DNA of 61,438 nt, counting the filler, from an uncultured virus (IMG/VR IMGVR_UViG_2061766007_002631) (lineage: Duplodnaviria; Heunggongvirae; Uroviricota; Caudoviricetes). It is 7 parts of one record of this genome, joined end to end, with 100 filler letters (N's around TTAATTAATTAA, not from the genome) between each part and the next. Parts side by side here need not be neighbours in the genome. Positions count along the whole stretch, not along the records: positions 14,639 to 44,850 come from IMGVR_UViG_2061766007_002631; 6 more parts are not named here. One strand, written 5' to 3'. Positions 21,391 to 33,997 of this stretch are shown one piece after another (within the stretch, counting starts at the first letter, position 1; each line of letters begins with the position of its first letter). The position numbers and the translations under genes were made by a program. The notes beneath the pieces are model-generated. The model saw nothing but the letters and a program-made list of their open reading frames with translations. It searched no databases and was not told where the DNA came from.

Positions 21391-23385
21391 ATGAGCACGG
21401 CAACAGGCGAAGTGAAAGCGGGACGCGCATACGTCGAAATCCTCCTGGATCAGACGAAGCTTGAACGGGGGTTGAAGCAAGCCCAGCAGAAGATTAAAAG
21501 CTTCGGGTCTGCCTTGACGGGTATCGGCAAGAACATGCTCGCCGTCTCCGGTGTTCTGGCGGCTCCGATGGCGTTCGCCACGAAGACGTTCGCCGACTTC
21601 GATGATGCTATGCGCATGGTCAAAGCAGTGTCCGGTGCGACCGAGGGAGAGTTCAAAAGACTGACCGATGCTGCCGAGAAACTCGGACGCGAGACATCCT
21701 ACACGGCGAAAGAGGTGGCCGAGGGTATGACGGCTATGGGACGCATGGGCTTGAAGCCGGCCGAGATTCTGTCCGCTGTCCCCGCCGTCCTGAGCCTCGC
21801 CCGTGCGACCGGAACCGAGCTCGGAGCGGCAGCGGAGATCGCCTCCAACAACATGCGCGTGTTCGGGCTCGATACCTCGAAAATGGCGAACGTGGCCGAC
21901 ATCCTGACTGCCACTGCGAACGGATCGGCACAGACCTTGACAGACCTTGCAGAGGGACTGAAGATGGCGGGGCCGCAGGCGGCGGCCGCGAACGACAATA
22001 TCGTGAATGTCTCCGGCGCACTCGGCGTTCTGGCCAACATGGGCATTAAAGGTTCCTTGGCTGGCACTGCCCTGCGAAAATCCTATTCGCAGTTCGCGAA
22101 GACGAAGGTGCAGGACAAGCTGAAAGCAATCGGAGTTGCCACCACGGACGCCAACGGGAATCTGAGGTCGATGCCGGATATCATCGCCGACATCGCGAAG
22201 TACATGAACAAGCTCCCGACAGCCCAACGCTTGGGGTTTGCCGAGGAGATCTTTGATCTGCGCGGCTCGCTTGCTGGGCTTCAGCTCGGCGGGAACGTCC
22301 AGCAGTTGGACGAGTTCATTTCGAGGCTGAAAAACGTCGGCGGGGTCGCCGACCAGACGGCAGCAGAGATGGATGCAGGGATCGGCGGTGCATTCCGAAT
22401 CATGATGAGCGCGATTGAGGGCTGCCAAATCGCCATCGGGCGGGTCATCGGCGAGGCTCTCAATCCTTATGTAAAGCGGCTATCTTCCACGCTGAATGTG
22501 GTCGCCGAGTGGATCGCGGCGCATAAGGAAGTGGCCATCATGGCTGTCAAGGTCGTCGCCGGGATTGCTGCGGTCGGCGTCGGCATGATCGCCGCAGGAC
22601 TCGCCATCAAAGCGATGGCTGTCGGCGTCGGTCTGCTTTCAACAGTATTCTTCCTCCTGAAAGCAGCGGTCCTTGCTCCAATGGTCGCTATCCAGGGGTT
22701 GATCGGATTGTTCGGACTCCTGCAGACGGCAATGGTCGCCACCAAGGTTATTGCTCTTGCGATGTGGGCGGCGATCACGTCCCCGGCTTTCCTGATCGGT
22801 GCGGCATTGGCCGCCGTGATTGCCGTTGTCTGGGAGCTGACGGGAGCATGGGGGGCCTGCAAAGCCGAAGCAAGCGAGCTTGCCGAAGACGTTACGGGCG
22901 CGTNNNNNNNNNNAAGCGCCAGGGAAAACGCAAAGGCACAGGCCTCCACACAGCGCAAGGCCGAGCTTGCGAGCATCAACGACGAATGGGACAGAGCGAA
23001 CGCGAGTGCGGATGAAGCACAGACGCAGGAGATTCTGGAACACCAGAAGGCGTATCAGGACGCTCTGACCGGAGCCGCCGAGGAGATCGCCAGCGCCCGT
23101 GCCGCCTGGCAGGAAGCGATGGACGAGGTCAAGCAGAAAGCTGCGGAGAAAGCTGATAGGGTCGAAGANNNNNNNNNNCAACGCTCCGAGGTCAAGATTC
23201 AGGAAATCTCCTCTGCCGGAGAGAAGTCGATGGGAGCATGGAGTTCGGAAGCCCTGGATGCTCTCCTCGGCGGCGGTGCGCAGGAACGGACGGCGAAAGC
23301 GACCGAGCAGATGGCGAAGAACACGCTTCAGACGAACAAGCTGCTGAAGAAAATCGGGCAGGACAAGGCTCTGACCTACGGATAA
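21391..23385 (+). CDS. Tail tape measure protein (gapped)
   Basis: Start MSTATGEVK, TP901-like core, hydrophobic Ala/Gly-rich middle, ends DKALTYG*. Confidence 0.92.
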   Translation: MSTATGEVKAGRAYVEILLDQTKLERGLKQAQQKIKSFGSALTGIGKNMLAVSGVLAAPMAFATKTFADFDDAMRMVKAVSGATEGEFKRLTDAAEKLGRETSYTAKEVAEGMTAMGRMGLKPAEILSAVPAVLSLARATGTELGAAAEIASNNMRVFGLDTSKMANVADILTATANGSAQTLTDLAEGLKMAGPQAAAANDNIVNVSGALGVLANMGIKGSLAGTALRKSYSQFAKTKVQDKLKAIGVATTDANGNLRSMPDIIADIAKYMNKLPTAQRLGFAEEIFDLRGSLAGLQLGGNVQQLDEFISRLKNVGGVADQTAAEMDAGIGGAFRIMMSAIEGCQIAIGRVIGEALNPYVKRLSSTLNVVAEWIAAHKEVAIMAVKVVAGIAAVGVGMIAAGLAIKAMAVGVGLLSTVFFLLKAAVLAPMVAIQGLIGLFGLLQTAMVATKVIALAMWAAITSPAFLIGAALAAVIAVVWELTGAWGACKAEASELAEDVTGAXXXXSARENAKAQASTQRKAELASINDEWDRANASADEAQTQEILEHQKAYQDALTGAAEEIASARAAWQEAMDEVKQKAAEKADRVEXXXXQRSEVKIQEISSAGEKSMGAWSSEALDALLGGGAQERTAKATEQMAKNTLQTNKLLKKIGQDKALTYG

Positions 23386-23415
23386 TACACCCCCTCTGCC
23401 TCAGGCTTTGGGTAC

Positions 23416-23442
23416 GGGGAGCCATGAGGCTCCCCAGTTTTT
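23416..23442 (+). terminator. Terminator-like hairpin between the tape measure gene and the next tail gene
   Basis: GGGGAGCC-ATGA-GGCTCCCC followed by AGTTTTT; conserved in four copies (also near 25132, 42312 and 46193). Confidence 0.7.
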
Positions 23443-23462
23443 CAAACTTTACAGGAGATACT

Positions 23463-24158
23463 ATGGCGGCAAAAGTTGAACAGAACTATAAGGAGCACGC
23501 TACCAGCATCGACCGCTGGGGACGATATACGTCGGTCGAAGTCCCGTATATCGTTTTCGATGCCGCGGACGAGGATGCGGCTCTTACAGCCGTCCTCAAC
23601 ACGGCCCCGAAGACGCTACACAGTCTTCCGCTGGATGCCATCGAGATCGACAGCCGCGAGGGAGACACCACGTTCAAGGTGAACGCGACGTACAGAGCGG
23701 AGACCAGCACGGAATCTTATGGCGATGACGAGGAGGACGAGGAGTCCACCATCAGTTTCGACTGTGGTGCCGGAACAAAGCATGTGTCGTTCGCTATTGA
23801 TCAGCGTATCGCATACGGTTCGATTGATGCAGGCGGAGCGATTGGATGGAACGGGAAGCACGGCACGGAAATGGAGATCGCCGGTGTNNNNNNNNNNGCT
23901 GACCGCCGTCCTCAATACGGCCCCGAAGACGCTTCACAGCCTCCCTCTGGATGCCATCGAGATCGACAGCCGCGAAGGCGACACGACCTTCAAGGTGAAC
24001 GCGACGTACAGAGCGGAGACCAGCACGGAATCTTATGGCGATGACGAGGAGGACGAGGAGTCCACTATCAGTTTCGATTGTGGTGCCGGGACGAAACATG
24101 TGTCGTTTGCTATCGATCAGCGAATCGCCTATGGCACGATAAACGCCGGAGGCGCTAT
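23463..24158 (+). CDS. Tail protein following the tape measure gene (distal-tail-like), two copies
   Basis: AGGAG RBS, MAAKVEQNYKEH...LPLDAIEIDSREG...ISFDCGAGTKH. Confidence 0.72.
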
Positions 24159-24168
24159 NNNNNNNNNN

Positions 24169-25097
24169 TCACCTCAATCCGGAACATTGCCGGGGAGACG
24201 TGGGGAGCCATCAAGACCGCCTTCATGTCCGGCGACCTCGCCGGAGCAGCCAGAGTCGGCCTCGCCGCTCTGAAGCTCGCCTGGCTGACCGGGCTCCAGC
24301 CGCTGAAGAAGGCGTGGGCGGGCTTGAAGATGTTCCTTGCGGACAGCTGGACCGTCATCGTGTACTCAATTCTGAAGCTCGGAAACAACCTCTGGTACGG
24401 CTTGCTTTACGGACTGAAATCCATCGGCAATGCGATGCAGGACGCCTGGGCTTTCATCTGGAACGGCATCATCGCTGCCTTCGAAAAGACCGTGCTGGAA
24501 ATCCAGAAAGTCTGGATCAAGACGAAGGGCTTCTTCGACTCCGACGAGGAAGTCGAGGCCGAGATCGCCCGCGTCGAACGGGCATACAATGAACGGAAGA
24601 GTGCCAGAGAAAACGCGAAAGCACAGGCCTCCGCGCAGCGGAAAGCCGAGCTTGAAAGCCTCGGCAGCAAGTGGGATGCCGCCAATGCGGGTGCGGACGA
24701 AGCACAGATGCAGGAGATTCTCGCTCATCAGAAAGCATATCAGGATGCTCTAAGCGGAGCCGCCGAGGAGATCGCAAGCGCCCGTGCCGCCTGGCAGGAT
24801 GCAATGGAAGAAGTGAAGCAGAAAGCCGCGGAGAAAGCTGAGAAAGTCGAGGAAATCCGCGAGAGGACAGAAGCCGCCGCCGAGGAAACGGAGCGATCCG
24901 AGGTCAAGATTCAGGAGATTTCCACAGCCGGAGAAAAGTCGATGGGAGCGTGGAGTTCGGAAGCCTTGGATGCTCTCCTCGGCGGCGGTGCGCAGGAGCG
25001 AACAGCGAAAGCGACCGAGCAAATGGCGAAAAACACGCAGCAGACGAACAAGTTGCTGAAGAAAATCGGGCAGGAAAAAGCCCTGACTTACGGATAA
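24169..25097 (+). CDS. Tape measure protein C-terminal fragment
   Basis: AFMSGDLAGAARVG...EKALTYG*. Confidence 0.9.
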
Positions 25098-25177
25098 GCA
25101 CTACACCCCCTCTGCCTATGGCTTTGGGTACGGGGAGCCGCGAGGCTCCCCTGTTTTTTGACTTAACAGGAGATTTC

Positions 25178-26104
25178 ATGGCAGCAAAAGTAGAACAGAA
25201 CTATAAAGAACGCGCTACCAGCATTGACCGCTGGGGACGATATACGTCGGTCGAAGTCCCGTATATCGTTTTCGAGGTTGCCGATGAAGATGCGGCGCTG
25301 ACTGCTGTCCTCAACGCAGCTCCGAAGACGCTTCATAACCTCCCTCTGGACGCCATTGAAATCGACAGCCGCGAGGGAAACACCACCTTCAAAGTGAATG
25401 CGACATACAGGGCAGAAACCACCACAGAATCCTACGGTGATGATGAGGAGGATGAGGAATCCACCATCAGCTTCGACTGCGGTGCCGGAACGAAGCATGT
25501 GTCATTTGCCATCGATCAGCGCATTGCGTACGGCACGATTGATGCGGGCGGAGCCATTGGATGGAACGGCAAGCATGGCACAGAAATGGAGATCGCCGGA
25601 GTTGACGTTCCGACCGCCGAACTACGGGAGACGCACACAAAAACCATGCGTGTTTCGAANNNNNNNNNNGCACAGTCTTCCGCTGGATGCCATCGAGATC
25701 GACAGCCGCGAGGGCGACACCACGTTCAAGGTGAACGCGACATACAAAGCGGAAGCAAGTACAGATTCCTACGGCGACGACGAGGAGGATGAGGAATCGA
25801 CGATCAGTTTCGACTGCGGTGCTGGAACGAAGCATGTGTCGTTCGCCATTGATCAGCGAATCGCCTACGGTACGATAAACGCCGGAGGTGCTATCGGCTG
25901 GAATGGGAAGCACGGCACGGAGATGGAGATCGCCGGTGTCGACATCCCGACCGCCGAACTACGGGAGACGCACACAAAAACCATGCGTGTTTCGAAACTG
26001 ACGAACTCCTTCATTCGGAAAGTAGCGGGCTTCGTCGGTAAGGTGAATTCGAAGACATTCAACGGTTGGCAGCCTGGGGAAGCAATGTTCCTCGGTATGG
26101 GCTA
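25178..26104 (+). CDS. Distal-tail-like protein, two further copies
   Basis: MAAKVEQNYKER...VGKVNSKTFNGWQPGEAMFLG. Confidence 0.72.
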
Positions 26105-26114
26105 NNNNNNNNNN

Positions 26115-26761
26115 GCCCACGCTCCGGTCAGCTCCCACACAACGGCAATCACGGCTGCAAGGGCCGCGCCGATCAGGAATGCCGGAGAGGTGATCGCCGC
26201 CCACATTGCCAGTGCGATGACCTTTGTGGCGACCATCGCGGTCTGTAACAGCCCGAACAACCCGATCAACCCCTGGATAGCAACCATCGGAGCAAGGACC
26301 GCAGCTTTCAGCAGGAAGAACACCGTCGAGAGCAGTCCGACGCCGACAGCCATTGCTTTTATCGCAAGCCCGGCGGCAATCATGCCGACGCCGACCGCAG
26401 CAATCCCGGCAACGACCTTGACAGCCATGATGACCACTTCCTTATGTGCCGCGATCCATTCGGCGACCACATTCAGCGTGGAAGATAGCCGTTTTACATA
26501 AGGATTGAGAGCCTCGCCGATGACCCGTCCGATGGCAATCTGGCATCCCTCAATCGCGCTCATCATGATTCGGAAAGCCCCGCCGATTCCGGCATCCATT
26601 TCCGCTGCCGTCTGGTCGGCAACCCCGCCGACGTTCTTCAGCCTCGAAATGAACTCATCGAGCCGCTGAACGTTTCCGCCGAGCTGGAGCCCGGCAAGCG
26701 AGCCGCGCAGATCGAAGATTTCCTCGGCAAAACCCAAGCGTTGGGCTGTCGGGAGCTTGTT
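26115..26761 (-). CDS. Tape measure protein internal fragment
   Basis: NKLPTAQRLGFAEEIFDLRG...VVWELTGAW. Confidence 0.9.
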
Positions 26762-26771
26762 NNNNNNNNNN

Positions 26772-28656
26772 GATGTTCGACCATGCAAACAAAGCGAGAT
26801 AGCCATCATATTTCCGGCAGAAGTTCTTTTCCGCGAAGGAATCGCATTTAGTGAACTCGTCGGGGAAGAACCTCGTCCGGTATTCGTCCAGCGTCCAGTC
26901 CCAGCCTCCGCCGTATTGTGCTATGTAACTTGCCCGCTGCCGTTCAAACAAGGCCCTGAGAAGCCCCTCGGCAACCACCATCGGCTTGCAGAAAGTCGGA
27001 TCGTCCAGATGATAGTCAGCCCAGCTCATACGCACCACCTCCCGGTGATTTCGATGTTCCCGCAGAGGTGCGTCTGGTGAAGAACACCCTCGGCGTCGAC
27101 GGAAGCCAGCTCCTTGTACCAGTATTGGGACCAGCGGTCGGCATAAGATGACAGCTTCGTGATGAAGCCCATTGTGTAGTCCGCCGCCTCGCTGTCGTAG
27201 GAGACTTCCAGATAGATTTTCTTTCCGGGCTCGACCTCGACCGTGCTGACGGGGATGTTCCAGGTTTTGCTTCCGATGCGGACAGTCCCGGCATTTTCGT
27301 CATTCACATCAGCGCCGTTGAAGATGGTCGCCGTGGTTCCGTCCAGGCTGACCTTGAANNNNNNNNNNGCATGTTTCGGGGACGACCGCCATAATTCTGC
27401 TTGGGGGAAGCCAGCCGCAGGCGGCGGCACCGCAACTCGTTTCGGGATATGCCGGAGCTTTCAAGGTCAGCCTGGACGGAACCACGGCGACCATCTTCAA
27501 CGGCGCTGACGTGAACGATGAAAACGCCGGAACAGTCCGTATCGGAAGCAAAACCTGGAACATCCCCGTCAGCACGGTCGAGGTCGAACCGGGCAAGAAA
27601 ATCTATCTGGAAGTCTCCTACGACAGCGAGGTGGCAGATTACACTATGGGCTTCATCACGAAGCTGTCATCGTATGCCGACCGCTGGTCCCAATACTGGT
27701 ACAAAGAGCTGGCATCAATTGATGCCGAGGGTGTTCTTCATCAGACGCACCTCTGCGGGAACATCGAAATCACCGGGAGGTGGTGCGTATGNNNNNNNNN
27801 NTGGTGCTGACGTGAATGACGAAAACGCAGGGACGGTTCGTATCGGAAGCAAGACGTGGAACATTCCCGTCAGTACCGTCGAGGTCGAACCGGGCAAAAG
27901 AATCTACTTGGAAGTGTCCTACGACAGCGAGGAGGGAGCCTACAGCATGGGCTTCATCACGAAGCTGTCGTCGTATGCCGACCGCTGGTCGCAATACTGG
28001 TACAAGGAACTGGCATTCGTGGACGCCGAGGGGGCTCTTCACCAAACGCATCTCTGCGGGAACATCGAAATCACCGGGAGGTGGTGCGTATGAGCTGGGC
28101 TGACTACCATTTGGATGACCCGACGTTCTGCAAACCGATGGTCGTCGCCGAGGGGCTGGTTCGAGCCCTGTTTGAACGGCAACGAGCAGCATCTATTGCG
28201 GATTATGGCGAAGGTATGGACTGGTCTTTGGATTCATTCCGGACAAGGTTCTTTCCTGACGAGTTCACCAAATGCGATTCTTTCGCGGAAAAGAACTTTT
28301 GCCGGAATTTCGATGGCTGGCTTGCCCTCTTCGCATGGACGAACATCAACATTTGGGAATGTCCGATTGCAAATATCTTCGGGCCGATGGGGCCATGTAC
28401 CAAGGGNNNNNNNNNNGACAGCGACCGTGACTGTCGGTTCTGGAACGGGCAACTTCGTCAAGCCCGGCGAGGCGCGGATATTTGTCCGGGCAAGCAGCGG
28501 AACCGCCAAAATTCTGCATGTTTCGGGAACGACAGCTGTTATTCTGCTTGGGGGAAGCCAGCCGCAGACGGCAACTCCGCAAATCGTTTCGGGATATGCC
28601 GGAGCCTTCAAGGTCAGCCTGGACGGAACCACGGCGACCATCTTCAACGGCGCTGA
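26772..28656. CDS. Tail-tip protein C-terminus (...GNIEITGRWCV*) and the next gene MSWADYHLDD... (starts 27029 minus, 28090 plus), several copies
   Basis: ATGA stop/start overlap seen in three contigs. Confidence 0.68.
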
Positions 28657-28666
28657 NNNNNNNNNN

Positions 28667-28856
28667 CTTTTCGATTCAGCTGAACGAAACAAACGCGAAA
28701 CTCTGCGGGCACTCGCTCGGTTCGAAAAAGGGCTTCGAATATATTTCCGCGATCCCGAAAACGAGCGTGGACGAAGATGTTCCGAGCGTGGATATTGAGG
28801 CGGCGCACATTTCGCAGGTCGTCCAATACGGCGATTTCGGAGAATTGGGGGTCTGA
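28667..28856 (+). CDS. C-terminus of the distal-tail-like protein
   Basis: FSIQLNETN...KKGFEYI...VVQYGDFGELGV*, continuing the HVSVTFHFSI seen at 37523. Confidence 0.65.
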
Positions 28857-28857
28857 C

Positions 28858-30448
28858 ATGCCATTTTATCCTGATGTTTCGCCGGGTGATCCATTCAAGC
28901 CGAATGCCCGGCTGAGCAACGATATCCGACACCTCGTCAATGCTGCTCATGGTTTCCAGGACTGCCGACAGAAAAGTGTTCCGTTCGGCTCTGTAAGAGT
29001 GAGCGTGTACAACGCTTCCACAGCCTCAATCCCGGCGAACACGGCAGTCGTGTTCACCTCAGACCTCATCAAGAGAGACGCACTTCCTGTGAAGCAGGCT
29101 CCTGCCGGAACAGCGGAGTTCGGCATCGTGACCCGTGCGCTTGCTCCGAAAGAGTGCGGGAGTTGCATCCTGATCGGAACGGCGACCGTGACCATTGGCT
29201 CTGGAACGGGCAATTTCGTCAAACCGGGAAGCACACGGACATTTGTCCGGACGAGCAGCGGAACCGCCAAGATTCTNNNNNNNNNNATGTTGCGCCGGGT
29301 GATCAGTTCAAACCGAATGTCCGGCTGAGCAACGATATCCGGCACCTGGTCAATGCTGCTCATGGGTTCCAGGACTGCCGCCAGAAAAGTGTTCCGTTCG
29401 GCTCAGTAAGAGTGAGCGTGTACAACGCTTCCACGACCTCAATCCCGGCGAACACGGCAGTCGTGTTCACCTCGGATCTCATCAAAAGAGACGCTCTTCC
29501 CGTGAAGCAGGCTCCTGCAGGAACAGCGGAGTTCGGCATCGTCACCCGAGCCCTCGCTCCGAAGGAATGCGGGAGCTGCATCCTGATCGGNNNNNNNNNN
29601 GTTTGTCGCAGTATGCCGACCGCTGGTCCCAATACTGGTATAAGGAGCTGGCGTCCGTGGATGCCGAGGGTGTTCTTCACCAGACGCACCTCTGCGGGAA
29701 CATCGAAATCACNNNNNNNNNNAACGGCGAACGTGACTGTCGGTTCCGGAACGGGCAACTTCGTCAAGGCAGGCAGTGCGCGGACATTTGTCCGGGCGAG
29801 CAGCGGAACCGCCAAAATTCTGCATATTTCGGGGNNNNNNNNNNCCTCAGGTTGGTCGGTCAGGTGTTCGGTTTGCCATTCTTCCATGCCTTGCTTCCCG
29901 GCAAGTTAGCGAGGAGGTGCTTGCGGATGTTTTTGAACTCCGGACCNNNNNNNNNNNNNNNNNNNNNNNNNNNNNNNNNNNNNNNNNNNNNNNNNNNNNN
30001 NNNNNNNNNNNNNNNNNNNTTCGCGCGGTTTCTTGGTGCTTGCACATTTCGCGGTCTTGGCCTTGGCGGCTATCATCAGGGCAAGGACCACGGCCATTTT
30101 AACCTTGCCCGCGTGGTTGCATCCGTTAAAAGCCCGGATTTCGACCGTGCCTGTGGACCAGACGTTGTTCAGGTTGATGNNNNNNNNNNACGTCTCGCCG
30201 GGAGACAAGTTTGTTCCGGATGTGAAACTGAGCAACGACATCCGGCATCTCGTTAACGCGGCTCACGGGTTCCAGGACTGCCGACAGAAAGGTGTTCCGC
30301 CTGCCGCCGTGCGTGTAAGCGTGTTCAACGCGACCACGGAGATAATCCCACAGAATACTGCTGTAGTGTTCACTTCGGACGCTCCTCGCGGAGAAGTACT
30401 GCCGATTAAACCGGCTCCGTCAGGGACAACGGATTTCGGCATCGTGAG
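28858..30448 (+). CDS. Tail-tip protein N-terminal fragments (28858-29276, 29287-29590, 29723-29834, divergent allele 30190-30448)
   Basis: MPFYPDVSPGD.F.P...LSNDIRHLVNAAHGFQDCRQK... Confidence 0.68.
29860..30179 (-). CDS. Putative amidoligase enzyme, C-terminal fragments
   Basis: INLNNVWSTGTVEIRAFNGCNHAGKVK...GPEFKNIRKHLLANLPGSKAWK matches the phage amidoligase pattern T(V/I)EFR.FNGT.HAGK.K. Confidence 0.7.
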
Positions 30449-30658
30449 NNNNNNNNNNNNNNNNNNNNNNNNNNNNNNNNNNNNNNNNNNNNNNNNNNNN
30501 NNNNNNNNNNNNNNNNNNNNNNNNNNNNNNNNNNNNNNNNNNNNNNNNNNNNNNNNNNNNNNNNNNNNNNNNNNNNNNNNNNNNNNNNNNNNNNNNNNNN
30601 NNNNNNNNNNNNNNNNNNNNNNNNNNNNNNNNNNNNNNNNNNNNNNNNNNNNNNNNNN

Positions 30659-31940
30659 TGAGGCTGTCAGACTGGCTCCGAAGCTCCGCACGATGCGGAT
30701 GGCGCGATGCCAGGACGGGGAAGCGTTCGCGGTGCTGGCGACGAATCCGAAGGTCCGCAGTCCCGTCAAGCTCGACCTCATGCTGATTGAGGCTGACAGA
30801 GTGTCGGGCGGCATCAAGCTCCTGGACGACGGTCAGTCGGTCGACGGCATCACGTTCGACGAGTGGGGAAACCCGACCTCGTACAGAGTGCTGAAATACC
30901 ATCCGGGCGATGACAGGTTCGCCACGGGAGACGAGGCCGTCGATGTTCCCGCCGAGTGGATGATCCACATCTTCCGGCAGGACAGGCCAGGCCTCCATCG
31001 CGGTGTCCCGGAACTGACCTCGGCGCTTCCGCTGTTTGCCCAGCTTCGGCGATACAACCTCGCCGTCCTGAGCGCAGCCGAGGCGGCCGCCGATTTCGCT
31101 GCGATCCTTTACACGGATGCGCCGCCGAACGGGGAGGCAGATGAAGTTGAACCGATGGACACGATTCCGCTCGAACGGAACATGATGCTCACCGTCCCCT
31201 CGGGCTGGAAGATGGATCAGCTCGACCCCAAGCAGCCTGCCGCGAACCACGCCGAGTTCGTGAAAATCATCCTGAGCGAAATCGCCAGATGTGCCGTCAC
31301 GACCTACGGGACTCTCGCGGGTGACTACAGCGGACACAACTATGCGTCCGGCCGCCTCGACAACCAGATCTACCACAAGTCCATTCTGGTCGACAGGTCN
31401 NNNNNNNNNAGACCAGCTCTCCGCCGACATGGAAGCCTCGCCGGAAGTCCGCAGAACCCTGCGGATGCGGTCACGGTACGAGGTCGCGAACAACAGTTAT
31501 GCGCGAGGTCTCGTCCAGATGCTGGCGAACGACACAATCGGCACGGGTCCGAGATTGCAGATGCTCTCCGCAGACGAAACGTTCAACGATGAGGTTGANN
31601 NNNNNNNNGACTGAGGTCCTGAACAGAATCTTCGAGGTATGGTTCCGGGAGTATCTCCTGACCGAGAATCTTGTTCCACTTGAGGAAAGCCACACCTGGT
31701 TCTGGGACGGTTTCCCGCATGTCGACCCGAACAAGGAGGCGACCGCACAGGAACGCCGCCTCGCGAACCTCACGACGACCTTGGCTGCGGAATGCGCCAA
31801 AGACGGCAGAGATTATCTCGGCGTCCTGCAGCAGAGGGCGAAGGAGATCAAATTGATGAAATCTCTGGGAATTCCGATCCCTGGAGAAACCGTGAAAGAA
31901 CAAAACAACACCTCAGAACCGGAAGAGTCCGGCGAGGAAG
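30659..31940 (+). CDS. Lambda-family portal protein fragments
   Basis: RPGLHRGVP, GDYSGHNYASGRL, WDGFPHVDPNKEA, RMRSRYEVANNSYARG. Confidence 0.9.
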
Positions 31941-31991
31941 NNNNNNNNNNNNNNNNNNNNNNNNNNNNNNNNNNNNNNNNNNNNNNNNNNN

Positions 31992-33987
31992 ACCGAAGAT
32001 TGTCGGTACGGCATACTCCGGGGGCAAGATGTCCCTGCCGGGCTGGAAGAACCCGGTGGTGGTGGACCTGAGCGGGATGGAGCTACCGGAAACCGTGCCT
32101 CTGCTCGCGAACCACGAGAACCGGACGAGCTCCCGCATCGGCATGGTGTCCGCGAGCGTGAAAAACAACGTGCTCGAAATCTCCGGCGAAATCATCTCCG
32201 AAGGCTCGGAGGCCGCGGACATCGTTGCGCAGAGCAAAGCTGGCGCCGACTGGCAGCTCAGTATCGGAGCCGATGTAAAGGAGTGCGAGCTCATCCGAGG
32301 CAAACGCGAGGTGAACGGACAGGAAATCGAAGGCCCGTTCTATCATGTTCGAAAGTCCGCTCTCCGCGAAGTGAGCGTGGTGGCAGTCGGAGCTGACGCT
32401 CATACGAGCATGAAAGTCACCGCAAAATTCGATCTTATCAACCCNNNNNNNNNNCCATGTCCGGAAATCCAGCCTGCGCGAAGTGAGCGTGGTGGCAGTC
32501 GGAGCCGACGCCCATACGAGCATGAAAGTCACCGCAAAATTCGATCTTATCAACCCTAACCCCGAAGAGGAAGGAGTTCAAAACATGAACGAAAACAAAG
32601 ATGTTGAAGCCAAGGCTGATGTCAAGCCTGAGGTCAAGCCGGAAGCGAAGCCGGAAGCGAAGCCCGAAATCAAGGCCGAGGCAAAGCCGGAAATCAAGGC
32701 GGAAGCCAAGCCCGAAATCAAGCCTGAACCCGCTCCCGTCGACGTGACCGCCGCTGCCCGCGATGCCGCCGCTGCCGCAGTCAAGGCCGAGCGCGAACGT
32801 GTCGCGGCAATCCGTGCCATTTGTGACGGCGAGTTCCCCGAAATCGAGAAGGACGCAATCTCTGCCGGGTGGACGCCCGAAGTCGTGACGAAGAAGGTGC
32901 TGGAGACCATCCGTGCCGAACGGCCTGCCGCCAACGTCCACATCTCCGTGAAGACCGAGCCGGAAGGCGACGGCCTCCGCAAGACCATCGAGGCGGCCAT
33001 GTGCCTGCGTTGCGGCATCTCTGCCGACGATCTCGAAAAGTCCTACGACGGCAAGACCATCGAGGCGGGCATGCGCGAAATGGATATGCCGCTGAAGCAA
33101 CTCCTGATCGAGTGTATGAAACTGGACGGCATTCCGTACGGCCGCGGCTTCGACAACGAGACCATCCGCGCGGCCTTCAGCTCCGTGTCCCTGCCGGGCA
33201 TCCTGAGCAACGTGGCCAATAAAAAGCTCCTCAAGAGCTTCGAGGCCCAGCCGGTCATCGCCACCAAACTGTGCAGCACCGGCGACCTGAACGACTTCAA
33301 AGAGAACGACAGATTCAGACTGACCGACGTCGGCGACCTGCTTCCGGTCGGCGCTGACGGCGAGATCAAGGATGGCGGCGTCACCGAAGAAGCCGCGAAG
33401 AACCAACTCGATACCTATGGCAAAAAGTTTGTTCTGACCCGCAAAATGATCATCAACGACGACCTCGGAGCCTTTATGAAGGTCCCGGTCGCGATGGGCA
33501 ACAGGGCGGCGCGTTTGATCGACCAGTTGTTCTTCTCCCGCCTGCTGAAAAATCCCGTGCAGCTTGACGGCAAGGCTCTGTTCAGCACCGCTCACAAGAA
33601 CCTGCTCACCGGCGCGTCCAGCGCTCTCTCCTTCGACGGCCTCAAGAAAGCCATTCAGCTCTTCCTCGACCAGGTGGACGCGGATGGTCAGCCGATCAGC
33701 GTCGAGCCGAAGTTCCTGCTCGTTCCGACTGCCCTCAAGCACCTCGCCATCGAGCTCACCCGCGGCGCGACCCTCATCACCGCTGGCGGCGCCGACAATG
33801 TCGTTCGTCCTGCTCTGAACATCCTCGCGGATGAGAACCTGCAGGTCGTCAGCTCCCCGTACCTCGCGAACAGCGCATACGAAGGAGCCTCCTCCACCGC
33901 ATGGTATCTGTTCGGCGATCCCCACCAGGTCGACACCTGGGAAATCGGGTATCTGAAGGGCAAGCGCACCCCGACCGTGGAGCGCGG
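31992..33987 (+). CDS. Fused prohead protease / scaffold / major capsid protein (fragments)
   Basis: AYSGG..PLLANH..WQLSIGA..LREVSVVAVGAD protease motifs in frame with AVKAERERVAAI and capsid TYGKKFVLTRKMIINDDLGAF. Confidence 0.88.
32611..32730 (+). repeat. 12-nt coding repeat K-[PA]-E-[AVI] in the scaffold region
   Basis: KADV KPEV KPEA KPEA KPEI KAEA KPEI KAEA KPEI KPEP; variant array at 54535-54643. Confidence 0.85.
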
Positions 33988-33997
33988 NNNNNNNNNN

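Noticed and set aside
20989..23385. Chimeric long ORFs in the ORF track (for example 30033-31592, 35596-37218, 38230-40227)
   Set aside because: They read through N gaps and fuse unrelated genes.
27026..27791. Large inverted repeat and other tandem or inverted gene duplications
   Set aside because: The arms are separate contigs from different prophage copies joined by 10-N gaps, so order and orientation across gaps are unreliable.
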